Notes: generated from the letters alone by a model not told the origin. DNA of 64,000 bases from a virus (IMGVR_UViG_3300018495_000012:2556-66555); one strand, 5' to 3'. Shown: positions 50,078 through 58,995, numbered from the stretch's first letter. Translations and numbers: made by a program.

Positions 50078-50260
50078 ATGAAAAAACTATCAAAAGAACA
50101 GGTTGAACATCTTGTTGAAATCTGTCCGGTAATATCTCAAATAGGAGTAGCTAAAATGATATTAGCGGCAAATGGTAAACGAGTTGTAGATGAAAAATAC
50201 GATAAAGATAGTGGAATGTATACTTTCACGATTATTGAAAGGACTAATAGTCTAGGCTGA
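50078..50260 (+). CDS. Cassette ORF, 60 aa
   Basis: Start moved to the ATG after AAAGGATGTG; terminator 50246-50281. Confidence 0.65.
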   Translation: MKKLSKEQVEHLVEICPVISQIGVAKMILAANGKRVVDEKYDKDSGMYTFTIIERTNSLG

Positions 50261-50283
50261 AAAAGCTTAGGCTATTTTCTTTC

Positions 50284-50308
50284 CGCGTAAAAAACATAGT
50301 CCTTTATG
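50284..50308 (+). promoter_or_regulatory. Motif copy 17
   Basis: CGCG taaaaa ACA tagtcct TTATG, followed by AAAGGA. Confidence 0.75.
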
Positions 50309-50323
50309 AAAGGATGTGATTGT

Positions 50324-50512
50324 ATGTTTAAAGACATTTTTAGATTGAGAGAGAGGGTTTCGGATCTTGAATATGAGGTTCAATCGTTGAGGAATTTACT
50401 TAATGTAAGTATTGACACAAACAGTATGCTGGTTAAGAGGGTTCTAAAATTAGAAGACGAAATAGCTAAGATCTCTAAAACAACTCAAAATAATACTAAA
50501 ACGTCTACATAA
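50324..50512 (+). CDS. Cassette ORF, 62 aa coiled coil
   Basis: LRERVSDLEYEVQSL; terminator 50525-50560 nearly identical to 50246-50281. Confidence 0.65.
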   Translation: MFKDIFRLRERVSDLEYEVQSLRNLLNVSIDTNSMLVKRVLKLEDEIAKISKTTQNNTKTST

Positions 50513-50632
50513 ACACATAAAGACAATAGTCTAGGCTAAAGCAGCTTAGGCTATTTTCTTTTTAAATTTATATTTATAGCCCTAGCAAAGCTAGGCTTTC
50601 GGTCAAAGACCGAGAAGAAAGGAGTGATCTTT

Positions 50633-50800
50633 ACGGATTACTGTTCACAATGCGCTAAATGCGTCTATGACAAAGCACGAGGGTTGCATCGTTGCGAGGT
50701 ATTCAGGCACGAGATACTTTGGTCTGATAGATATTTAGCGTGCGATCGCTTTAATACAATTAAAAACTCACCGGAGGAAAAAGACAATGAGATGTCCTAA
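50633..50800 (+). CDS. Cys-rich 55-aa ORF with apparent ACG start
   Basis: AAGGAG 8 nt before ACG; (M)DYCSQCAKC...HRC...AC. Confidence 0.45.
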   Translation, partial: TDYCSQCAKCVYDKARGLHRCEVFRHEILWSDRYLACDRFNTIKNSPEEKDNEMS

Positions 50801-51005
50801 ATGTGGAAGAGTAGCTGGTCAGATGGACCACGTTATTACTGATGAAAACGAAGTGTACAGAGAGCTCTATTGTAAGAGTTGTAATTACAAGTTCTACACT
50901 ATCGAATATGAGGTAGAGCGTAACAACCAGTTCGCAGCGGAGTGGAAAAAGTACAGCACTAAAAAAGCTAGACAGAGAATCATTAAAGATTACGGGATAA
51001 GATAA
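50787..51005 (+). CDS. Zinc-ribbon protein
   Basis: CPKC...CKSC. Confidence 0.7.
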   Translation: MRCPKCGRVAGQMDHVITDENEVYRELYCKSCNYKFYTIEYEVERNNQFAAEWKKYSTKKARQRIIKDYGIR

Positions 51006-51064
51006 GGAGATTATTGATGAAAATTTTGAAAGGAGAAATACTTATGAAATGGAGAAAATAAAGT

Positions 51065-52009
51065 ATGGAAACATGGAAAAAAGCGGCACTTAAGTACAAA
51101 TCTAAAGGGCTGAAACTCGGAGAAATCGTAGAAATAATCGAGGAGGAATTTGGTCTCGAGAACATGTACGGACGAGTTAGTCAGTACCTACATCGTGAGA
51201 AAAAGAAGAAAAAACCCAAACTTGAAAAACGAGTATCTATCCAAAACCAAGAGCCCGAGCATTATGAGGGTAAGTGGGACGGAACAGAGACTCTTCGTTT
51301 CGCTGTAATGGGCGATACACAGGTCGGTAGTAAATACACGCAGCTTACACACCTTCATAACTTCTATGATATTTGCGAGAAGGAAGGGATTAAAGACGTG
51401 TATCATACTGGTGATCTGACGGACGGGTTGAAAATGCGTGTCGGTCACGAATATGAATTGTACGAGGTGTCCGCTGACGAAATGAGAGATGATGTGGTTA
51501 AGAACTATCCTAAACGCGATGGTATCACTACTCACTTCATTACAGGAAACCGTGATGCAAGTATTTACAAGCAAGTAGGTTACGACATTGGTCAGGCTAT
51601 TGCAATGTTGAGACCTGATATGGAGTACTTAGGACGAGATTGCGCAGTCGTTAATCTCACTCCTAACTGTACTCTCGAATTAAGACATCCCTGGGACGGT
51701 TCGGCATATTCATTGAGTTATAGACCTCAGAAGATGATCGAATCTATGGACGATGACTCTAAACCTACTATATTAGCGATAGGTCATTATCATAAACAGG
51801 GAGACTTCCTCTTTAGAGGTGTTCACGCGATGTTAACTGCTAGTTTTCAGAGTCAGACACCATTTCTTAGAGGAAAGAGTATTGCGTCTATAATCGGTGG
51901 TTATATAGTAACTATTAAGGTGGATAAGGACGGATTCATTCGCGGATTCCAGCCTGAATTTATACACTATAAGAAACCGATTAAGGACGACTATAAAAAT
52001 TTTAAATAA
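51065..52009 (+). CDS. Calcineurin-like metallophosphoesterase
   Basis: GDTQ, HTGDLTDG, TGNRD, GHYH motifs. Confidence 0.8.
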   Translation: METWKKAALKYKSKGLKLGEIVEIIEEEFGLENMYGRVSQYLHREKKKKKPKLEKRVSIQNQEPEHYEGKWDGTETLRFAVMGDTQVGSKYTQLTHLHNFYDICEKEGIKDVYHTGDLTDGLKMRVGHEYELYEVSADEMRDDVVKNYPKRDGITTHFITGNRDASIYKQVGYDIGQAIAMLRPDMEYLGRDCAVVNLTPNCTLELRHPWDGSAYSLSYRPQKMIESMDDDSKPTILAIGHYHKQGDFLFRGVHAMLTASFQSQTPFLRGKSIASIIGGYIVTIKVDKDGFIRGFQPEFIHYKKPIKDDYKNFK

Positions 52010-52027
52010 TTAAAGGAGAAAAAAACT

Positions 52028-52147
52028 ATGAACGAAACTGTATTGAAAATCATGGATTTGTTAAAGGAATCTGGAATGCCGTATCGAGTTCTTTGCGATG
52101 GAGAAACAGGCGGCTACACAATCACAATTAAAGAAAAAACTAACTAA
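52028..52147 (+). CDS. Hypothetical 39-aa protein
   Basis: RBS AAAGGAG; read manually. Confidence 0.5.
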   Translation: MNETVLKIMDLLKESGMPYRVLCDGETGGYTITIKEKTN

Positions 52148-52225
52148 TTAAAATTTTATACCACAACCCTAGTAACACTAGGGGCGCCAACCTACTGGTT
52201 GTGCGGAAAGGAGAGAATTATTGTT

Positions 52226-53023
52226 ATGAGTATTAGTATGAAAAATATTGAGAGAAGCGTGAATGCTGCGTTAGGACTTCCTACGTTTAAAAAAGAGACA
52301 CCAAAAGTAGAAATTCCCGAATGGATCTGGGTTGAAGGTTATAAAGGCACTGATAAAGATATGAAGTGCCGTGATTATCAGTATGAACTCGGTAAGCAAT
52401 TTGACATGCCTGAGGATGCTGAAATCGATTTGTGCAGTAGTGGTTTTCATTTCTGTCAGAAGCTTAAGGACGTATTTAAATACTATGATGTTAAGAACGG
52501 TAATCGTTTCTTTAAAGTAACAGCGCTTATACGTACTGGTGAGATTAAAAAATTAGATACCCCCCTCAATATTTGGTCAGTTGGTTCTTGGAGTATTGAC
52601 TCTAAAGAAACTTCGAAATCTATTGTATTCACCAGAGAGCTCACAACCGACGAAATTCTTGAAGCTAAGGAAGATTGTTCACTCGGAGATTTTACCGAGG
52701 AAGAGAAAGTTCTGATTAGAGAAGTCGGAATAGATGATATTTATAATATCAGAAAGATAGCGGATCTTGAAGCAATCGGTTACGCACACGAGGTAGCAGA
52801 TATTATCGTTAGAAGATACACTTTTGACACATATGATCTCGCCATGGCGCTTTCTAAGCAGACTGATATTTCTATGGACGCGAGGGTTATTGCCGTCTTT
52901 AGCGCACATGGCGAACGTAAAAAATATGTCGATGAGTTTGTCACAAAGAACTTTACCTTCCCTATAACAAACCCTTACATCCAACCGCTTTCAGCAACTA
53001 AGACACGCGGAAGAAAAAACTAA
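52226..53023 (+). CDS. Hypothetical protein with GYKG..DMKCR.YQY..GFHFC domain (DUF7666-like)
   Basis: Motif recognised by eye; start moved to the ATG after AAGGAG. Confidence 0.55.
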   Translation: MSISMKNIERSVNAALGLPTFKKETPKVEIPEWIWVEGYKGTDKDMKCRDYQYELGKQFDMPEDAEIDLCSSGFHFCQKLKDVFKYYDVKNGNRFFKVTALIRTGEIKKLDTPLNIWSVGSWSIDSKETSKSIVFTRELTTDEILEAKEDCSLGDFTEEEKVLIREVGIDDIYNIRKIADLEAIGYAHEVADIIVRRYTFDTYDLAMALSKQTDISMDARVIAVFSAHGERKKYVDEFVTKNFTFPITNPYIQPLSATKTRGRKN

Positions 53024-53049
53024 TTATTGATATTTAAAGGAGAAACAAA

Positions 53050-53226
53050 ATGCCTAAATCAATACTTGTAAGTTACGTAGAAAACGAGAATCCGTACGAG
53101 TCAATACTTGTTGTCGGGAAGAAGCGCAAAAACCAATCTGTTGAGATTATTAACGCGTTCTCTGGAGCTGAAGCTACGGAGCTTTGGAATAAACTCATTA
53201 CTAAGAGGGAGAAAACAAATGAGTAA
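53050..53226 (+). CDS. Hypothetical 58-aa protein
   Basis: RBS AAAGGAG; MPKSILVSY...KTNE. Confidence 0.55.
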   Translation: MPKSILVSYVENENPYESILVVGKKRKNQSVEIINAFSGAEATELWNKLITKREKTNE

Positions 53227-53386
53227 ATGTAACACTTGCAAACTCGCTTTATTCAATCCTGTATGGGGCGAATACAAATGCTCTAAGACTGGATTGATTA
53301 TATACGATATAAACACTAAGGAAGGTTGTAAGGACTATAAACAGGGCGAACCTGGAATGTCTAAGGATTTACCGGAGGAGAAGTAA
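53219..53386 (+). CDS. Small Cys-rich protein
   Basis: MSKCNTC...C...C; start moved from ORF-track 53108. Confidence 0.55.
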   Translation: MSKCNTCKLALFNPVWGEYKCSKTGLIIYDINTKEGCKDYKQGEPGMSKDLPEEK

Positions 53387-53414
53387 ATTATGAAAAGATA
53401 TTATTAAAAAAACT

Positions 53415-53439
53415 CGCGCAAAAAACATGCTCCTTTATG
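53415..53439 (+). promoter_or_regulatory. Motif copy 18
   Basis: CGCG caaaaa ACA tgctcct TTATG. Confidence 0.75.
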
Positions 53440-53465
53440 ACAATAAATTAAAGGAGAATAAAATT

Positions 53466-53621
53466 ATGAAGAAAAGAATATTATACCGTTTACTCGGTTT
53501 GGCGTTGACTATATTTTCGATATGGTTTATTCCGCATAGTGGCGGAGATGGAGGATATCTAGTATTTTCAATACCACTCGGGTTATGGATACTATTCGGA
53601 CCTAAAGAAATGTTCGATTAA
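53466..53621 (+). CDS. Cassette ORF, 51 aa, two TM helices
   Basis: RBS AAAGGAG; terminator 53630-53666. Confidence 0.7.
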   Translation: MKKRILYRLLGLALTIFSIWFIPHSGGDGGYLVFSIPLGLWILFGPKEMFD

Positions 53622-53692
53622 TTTAAAGAAAAAAGAGGGGTACTCGTAACAGGGTATCTCTCTTTTAAATTTTTGAAAGGAAGGAAAAATTG

Positions 53693-53845
53693 ATGGCTGA
53701 TGAAAAATTAAAACAAAAGGTTGAAGTGCACGAGCAAGCACTAAAGCTGCAAACTAATATTAATTACGGTTTCGTCGACCTATTAAAAGACCTTACTGCA
53801 AGAATTGAACTTTTAGAGAAGAAATTGGAGGAGAATAAGCGATGA
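53693..53845 (+). CDS. Hypothetical 50-aa coiled-coil protein
   Basis: Read manually; RBS GAAAGGAAGG. Confidence 0.55.
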   Translation: MADEKLKQKVEVHEQALKLQTNINYGFVDLLKDLTARIELLEKKLEENKR

Positions 53846-54261
53846 GTGATGGTTTGATAACTTTTGATAAGCCATTAAAGATAGATTGCTACCATTGCGG
53901 AAAATTCATAGACATTGAAAAGACGATATATATGGACAATCATCATTTCTGTCCCGACTGTTATGAAAAAATTAAAAAAGAGTCTGTAAAGAAATCATCA
54001 AAGCCCGCTACGGACGTAGACATCCACAAGATCATTGACGATGCGATGGAGAAGAAGGATCGTAGCGTTACTATATTTATCAACAAGGATGCTACTACTG
54101 TTAGCGTGTATCCATATGAGGATAAACCCTTAGCATGGGTTGAGTCTACGAAAACGAATTATTCATACCAATGCCCAACGTGTGGTGATCACTTTAGAAC
54201 ACAGTCTCCATACTGTCCAACATGCGGAGAAAAATTAAAGTTCATCAATATTTATGACTAA
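53842..54261 (+). CDS. Zinc-finger protein
   Basis: CYHC, CPDC, CPTC, CPTC. Confidence 0.7.
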   Translation: MSDGLITFDKPLKIDCYHCGKFIDIEKTIYMDNHHFCPDCYEKIKKESVKKSSKPATDVDIHKIIDDAMEKKDRSVTIFINKDATTVSVYPYEDKPLAWVESTKTNYSYQCPTCGDHFRTQSPYCPTCGEKLKFINIYD

Positions 54262-54273
54262 AGGAGAGAATTT

Positions 54274-55470
54274 ATGGCTGATGTAAAAATTTTCACTGAT
54301 AACATCGAACATGAAGCCGTCAATCAAATAAACACGCTTATTGAACAACCGGCTTTTTCGGACTGTAAAGTGCGCATCATGCCTGACGTTCATGCGGGCG
54401 CTGGATGTGTAATAGGGTTTACGGCTGATCTGGGTGACAAAGTTATTCCTAATATAGTTGGAGTCGATATTGGTTGCGGAATGTATACAATTAAACTTGG
54501 TAAATGTGATATTAACTTTGACAAGCTCGATTCTACAATTAGAGCTAAGATACCTTCAGGACGAAATGTTTACGGAAACTTGTGCCCGGACTATGTAAAA
54601 CATAGAAGTCAAGAGCTAATAGACAAGCTTAATTGTAAATATGAACTTCGTAACCGAGATTGGTTAATACATTCGTTAGGAACTCTCGGAGGAGGCAATC
54701 ATTTCATCGAAATAGACGAGGATAATAGCGGTGATAAATATCTCATCGTCCATAGCGGTAGTAGAAATCTCGGAAAACAGGTTGCTGACATATACCAAAG
54801 AAAAGCTATCACACGCTTATATTCCAAGAAAGATGAAAGAGCAGCTATAATTGAAAAACTCAAAAAAGAAGGTCGAGAAACAGAAATTCAAAACGAATTA
54901 TCCAAATTGTCGTTTAAGCAGCGAACCGCACCTCCTAAAGAACTCTGTTATCTTGAAGGGTCGGATAGAGATGATTATCTGTTCGACATGAGAATTTGTC
55001 AGAGATTTGCTAAGTGCAACCGAGAAATAATTGCTAGGCGCATTTGTATAGGCATGGGCTGGGATTGGGCTGATAACCGCGGATTTCATACAGTTCATAA
55101 CTATGTTGATAGCGACAATATGGTTCGTAAAGGTGCAATTTCTGCTAGACAAGGAGAGCTTCTACTTATACCTATAAATATGCGCGATGGTTGTATATTA
55201 GGTGTTGGTAAAGGTAATGAAGATTGGAATCATTCGGCCCCTCATGGCGCTGGACGTATTATGAGTCGTATTAAAGCCAAAGAAATGCTGTCTATAGATG
55301 ATTTTAAAGAGTCTATGAATGGTATTTTTACGACATCTGTGAATGAATTCACGATAGATGAAAGTCCAATGGCATACAAACCGATGGATGAGATTATATC
55401 GAATATCAAAGACACGGTAAACATCGTTACAATAATTAAACCTATTTATAATTTTAAAGCATGTGATTGA
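54274..55470 (+). CDS. rtcB: RtcB-family RNA ligase
   Basis: MPDVHAG, GVDIGCG, GTLGGGNHFIE, HSGSR, HNY, RKGA, SAPHGAGR, DESPMAYK. Confidence 0.95.
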   Translation: MADVKIFTDNIEHEAVNQINTLIEQPAFSDCKVRIMPDVHAGAGCVIGFTADLGDKVIPNIVGVDIGCGMYTIKLGKCDINFDKLDSTIRAKIPSGRNVYGNLCPDYVKHRSQELIDKLNCKYELRNRDWLIHSLGTLGGGNHFIEIDEDNSGDKYLIVHSGSRNLGKQVADIYQRKAITRLYSKKDERAAIIEKLKKEGRETEIQNELSKLSFKQRTAPPKELCYLEGSDRDDYLFDMRICQRFAKCNREIIARRICIGMGWDWADNRGFHTVHNYVDSDNMVRKGAISARQGELLLIPINMRDGCILGVGKGNEDWNHSAPHGAGRIMSRIKAKEMLSIDDFKESMNGIFTTSVNEFTIDESPMAYKPMDEIISNIKDTVNIVTIIKPIYNFKACD

Positions 55471-55564
55471 TATTTAAAGGAGAGAATTTATGGCTACTGA
55501 AAAGAAAAACGAAAGAAAACACGAGCTTAAGGATATTCAGCTCTTTGAAGAGGAGTAAAAAAAT

Positions 55565-55732
55565 ATGACTACACTTGAATTTGCGAAAAAATGCCTGGGT
55601 AAGGCACAGAAAAATCTCGAAAGAGCTAAGACTAGACCTGGTGTCACTAAAGAGGAACTTGATGCATTGACTGAGAAGCTTATGCATTATAAAAACATCA
55701 TTTATATTCTCGAGAGGGAGGATATGAGATGA
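55565..55732 (+). CDS. Hypothetical 55-aa protein
   Basis: RBS GAGGAG; read manually. Confidence 0.55.
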   Translation: MTTLEFAKKCLGKAQKNLERAKTRPGVTKEELDALTEKLMHYKNIIYILEREDMR

Positions 55733-56079
55733 AAGTTAGAGCCATTTGGGAATTTGATGCTGACGTGTCTGATATTTCGTCGGAGCATGTGGACGTCGAA
55801 GGACATGCAAAAGATTTGGCGAAGAACGAACTCAGTTGGTGGATGTCGGAAAGAGGATGTCTATTCGCTGACGAATTTACGTTTGAGGTTGTTAAGGAGT
55901 CGCCTGAAGATGAACGTAGTCTATATAACAGCATGTGTTGTAGCGCCATTAATGAAAACATAATATATGCCACTCAAGAAGTGTACGAACGCATGAGGGC
56001 TAATCGTAAAAACATTATAGTTGACTCTAAAGGTAAACCTCGTATGGTATTAAAAGTTATTAAGAAAGGAAATGATTGA
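55729..56079 (+). CDS. Hypothetical protein, 116 aa
   Basis: RBS GGGAGG; ORF track. Confidence 0.65.
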   Translation: MKVRAIWEFDADVSDISSEHVDVEGHAKDLAKNELSWWMSERGCLFADEFTFEVVKESPEDERSLYNSMCCSAINENIIYATQEVYERMRANRKNIIVDSKGKPRMVLKVIKKGND

Positions 56080-56205
56080 TGAGCGATAAAGATAATCCAA
56101 TAACTCGTGAAGAGCTGGAACTGATTATAAAACAAATGATTAATTTAGAAATAAGCATGTCGAATGACGGACATCCGTTTTATCGATAGAAAAGGAGAAA
56201 GATTG

Positions 56206-56520
56206 ATGACTAACTTATATTACATATGCAACATCGGGTGCGATGCCGAGACACATGGTCTTGCGCGTATATCTGATGAGGATTTCCCTAAGTTTAAAGA
56301 AATCATAGAGAACCTTAATAAGAACTCTACATATGGCTGTATGCCAAAGATCGAGGTGTATAAGATATTCGAAGGGTTAATTATGGAATACAGCGGTAAT
56401 ATTTCTGATTCTACGAACTTACATCTTGACGGGCGAGTGTATATTCTCGCGACGGGTTCTATATACAACTATAAAAACGGAAAAAACGAATTGATTGAAG
56501 GAGTTGAACGAGTAATATGA
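56206..56520 (+). CDS. Hypothetical protein
   Basis: Start moved to the ATG after AAAGGAG. Confidence 0.6.
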   Translation: MTNLYYICNIGCDAETHGLARISDEDFPKFKEIIENLNKNSTYGCMPKIEVYKIFEGLIMEYSGNISDSTNLHLDGRVYILATGSIYNYKNGKNELIEGVERVI

Positions 56521-57290
56521 TCAAACTTGAAAATACGATAACACCTTCGCCTGGACAGTGGATGATAACTGTATTAGGCGCTCGTAACGCGATGAATAGC
56601 TGGGATCGTAGCGACAGCGAGATTAAGTATGAAAACGTACGCGATTCCACTGGATATTTAGACATGGGTCCGAACGATCATGATTTACTTATGAGACTTA
56701 GAAATGCAGGTACGGATCACAGAAAATATTTGAGAATGCTGCCTGTACACGTAAACATAACAGCTCCGCTTTATTGGTGGAAGGAATTCGATACTTACAA
56801 AATCGGGACTACTGCGAACTCTTGCTCAACTATGCACAAGATTCATGAGAAGGAGTTTACTCTTGATGACTTTAGCCATGAGCATTTGCTGTACGATCAC
56901 GATGATGAGGTTTGTCCGGTTAGAGCGGGTTTATATTTTGAGGTTCGACCACCCATTAACGAAGATTTTGTATGGAACAAATTCATTTCGCCAAAAAGTG
57001 GACTCGAAATAATTATAGAACTGCTTAATACGAATCGAGAACTATTCCTTGAAACTAAAGACAAGCGTTACTGGTGGCAGATGATCCAGCTTCTTCCCAG
57101 CTCGTATAACCAGAAACGTACGGTTATGTTGAATTACGAGGTTTTGGCGAATATCTATAAGTCTCGTAAGAATCATAAACTTCAGGAATGGTTGGAGCTG
57201 TGTAAGTGGATCGAGGGGCTGCCTTATAGTGAGTTGATTACGGGTAATATCGGTAATGGCGAAGCCAGCGATGGTGGGGTGAAGGAATGA
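56517..57290 (+). CDS. ThyX-like (flavin-dependent thymidylate synthase fold) protein, divergent
   Basis: ARNAMNSW, HRKYLR, ITAPLYWWKEFDTY..NSCST, QLLPSSY; canonical RHR motif absent. Confidence 0.45.
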   Translation: MIKLENTITPSPGQWMITVLGARNAMNSWDRSDSEIKYENVRDSTGYLDMGPNDHDLLMRLRNAGTDHRKYLRMLPVHVNITAPLYWWKEFDTYKIGTTANSCSTMHKIHEKEFTLDDFSHEHLLYDHDDEVCPVRAGLYFEVRPPINEDFVWNKFISPKSGLEIIIELLNTNRELFLETKDKRYWWQMIQLLPSSYNQKRTVMLNYEVLANIYKSRKNHKLQEWLELCKWIEGLPYSELITGNIGNGEASDGGVKE

Positions 57291-57601
57291 AAGCATCTTA
57301 TGTTTTACCATCCGGTAACTATAACATTCTATTAGAAAAAGATGATCTTTTAACGTTGTTAGAAAAAGGACATATTTGTGTAACCCCGTTGAAACATGTG
57401 CCTTGTACGTCGAGTAGAGCTCTTTTCGACCCTGATAAGTCTGAAATGAATATACTCGATAAACATGACGTGCCTAACATGTTAATGTTTTATCTGGACG
57501 AACCAGTAGCAGACATTGACGCTGGGGAACATTATGTTCAGTTTCTAACTCTCAATATAGAAGACGACGTGTTGAAAGAAATCAAAAAGGAAGTGAATTG
57601 A
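57287..57601 (+). CDS. Hypothetical protein, 104 aa
   Basis: ORF track; overlapping start. Confidence 0.6.
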   Translation: MKASYVLPSGNYNILLEKDDLLTLLEKGHICVTPLKHVPCTSSRALFDPDKSEMNILDKHDVPNMLMFYLDEPVADIDAGEHYVQFLTLNIEDDVLKEIKKEVN

Positions 57602-57750
57602 TGAAAGTAGCAATATTGATATTTTGTGGTCTGGTTGCTATGTGTATCGGGTACGGTCCATTTGTGATGTCTGGTAAATTGAGCGAACAGGAGAGGAAGA
57701 GAAAACAAAGAGGAGAAAAAAATCAACACTCTAGATAATGGAGGAACTTT

Positions 57751-58410
57751 ATGAGTAATAATAACAAACAAAAGAGTTGCTGGTGGTGCCTAACTATGAT
57801 AATCGTATACGCAATTATTATATTTGTATTTACGATATTCATACACGTCAAAGTGCTCGCTATTGAGTCCGCTACATATGAACCGTCGGTAACACCGTGT
57901 GAGAGTCCGATTGTGGATACTCCTATGATTAATATTGAAGAAGAGATAGTCATCGCTGAGACAGAACCTGTCGTGCCTGCTGTGAGGTATTTTGACGTTC
58001 CGTTGAGTGAAGACTTGCAGGATCATATATTTGCAGTATGTGAGAGTTATGGTGTGGATCCTGTAGTAGTCATGGCGGTGATTAAGAAAGAATCAATGTT
58101 TAAAGCTGGTGAGATTGGCGATAGCGGAAACTCATTCGGCTTGATGCAGATTCAACCTAGATGGCATGGGGCACCCTATTCCACTAGAATGGAGAGACTT
58201 GGAGTTACTGACTTGTTAGATCCGTACCAGAACGTCATTGTTGGCATTGATATTTTGGCTGAGTTATTCAGCAAAGGCGGATCTTTGGAGTGGGTTTTGA
58301 TGTCGTACAATGGAGGTTATGCGCATGCAAACAATCATATTGCTAATGGCACTGTTAGTGATTATGTTGCTATTGTTACGAATTATATGAACACAATTGA
58401 AAGGAAATGA
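57751..58410 (+). CDS. Membrane-anchored lytic transglycosylase (SLT domain)
   Basis: N-terminal TM; AVIKKES catalytic Glu, GLMQI, SYNGG. Confidence 0.85.
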   Translation: MSNNNKQKSCWWCLTMIIVYAIIIFVFTIFIHVKVLAIESATYEPSVTPCESPIVDTPMINIEEEIVIAETEPVVPAVRYFDVPLSEDLQDHIFAVCESYGVDPVVVMAVIKKESMFKAGEIGDSGNSFGLMQIQPRWHGAPYSTRMERLGVTDLLDPYQNVIVGIDILAELFSKGGSLEWVLMSYNGGYAHANNHIANGTVSDYVAIVTNYMNTIERK

Positions 58411-58622
58411 TATTTATGGATTACAAGATGAGAGAATTAAAAAAGAACGGTGAGGGTTATGACGATCCTACCGCATATGAAGCTATTAAGAAAATAGACC
58501 CTACTGCTAGAAAACGTTATAGATTGATAGGGTGTATTTTGAGAATTTGTGAGCTTGCCGGGTACGAGGTTGTCGGGCGAATAGAGCTTAGAGATGTGAA
58601 GACTGGTAAGGTTTATAAGTGA
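58407..58622 (+). CDS. Hypothetical protein, 71 aa
   Basis: KKNGEGYDDPTAYEAI; ORF track. Confidence 0.65.
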   Translation: MIFMDYKMRELKKNGEGYDDPTAYEAIKKIDPTARKRYRLIGCILRICELAGYEVVGRIELRDVKTGKVYK

Positions 58623-58624
58623 TT

Positions 58625-58980
58625 TTTGTGGTCACTTTTATGTGTCCTGCCCACTTTTATATTTGACCACGAATCGTTGAAAAATTTACTGGTCAAAAAA
58701 AGTGGGTTTTTGCCCGGTTTTGTGAAACAAAAATGGCCAGCAAATTGGTCAAAAACTTAAACAAAAGTTTAAGAAACTTAAACAATTGTTTAAGAAACTT
58801 AAACAAAAGTTTAAGAAATTGAGGTATTTTTAGCTCTCTGGCCAAATGGTCACTTTTTTTTCTTAAAAGTTTTAAAAAATAAAAACTTAAACAATTGTTT
58901 AAGAAACTTAAACAAAAGTTTAAGAATTAAAAATATAAAAGTTTTAGCAAAAAAATCTGGCCATTTGACCAAAGTGTATT
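58625..58980. repeat. AT-rich palindromic repeat array, candidate replication origin
   Basis: Five 18-bp palindromes CTTAAAC-(AAAA/AATT)-GTTTAAG at 58756, 58777, 58798, 58886, 58907 (21-bp period), flanked by inverted AAATGGCCAG/CTGGCCATTT and TTGGTCAAA/TTTGACCAA. Confidence 0.75.
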
Positions 58981-58995
58981 TTTGAGAGGAGAATT

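Noticed and set aside
32619-53621. ORF-track starts at or before the motif ATG (32619, 34875, 50306, 53427) and the 53108 extension
   Set aside because: These lack an upstream RBS; strong ribosome sites point to downstream ATGs, which were used instead
58756-58924. 21-bp periodic palindromes as a CRISPR array
   Set aside because: Repeats are separated by only 3 nt of A, there are no unique spacers and no cas genes
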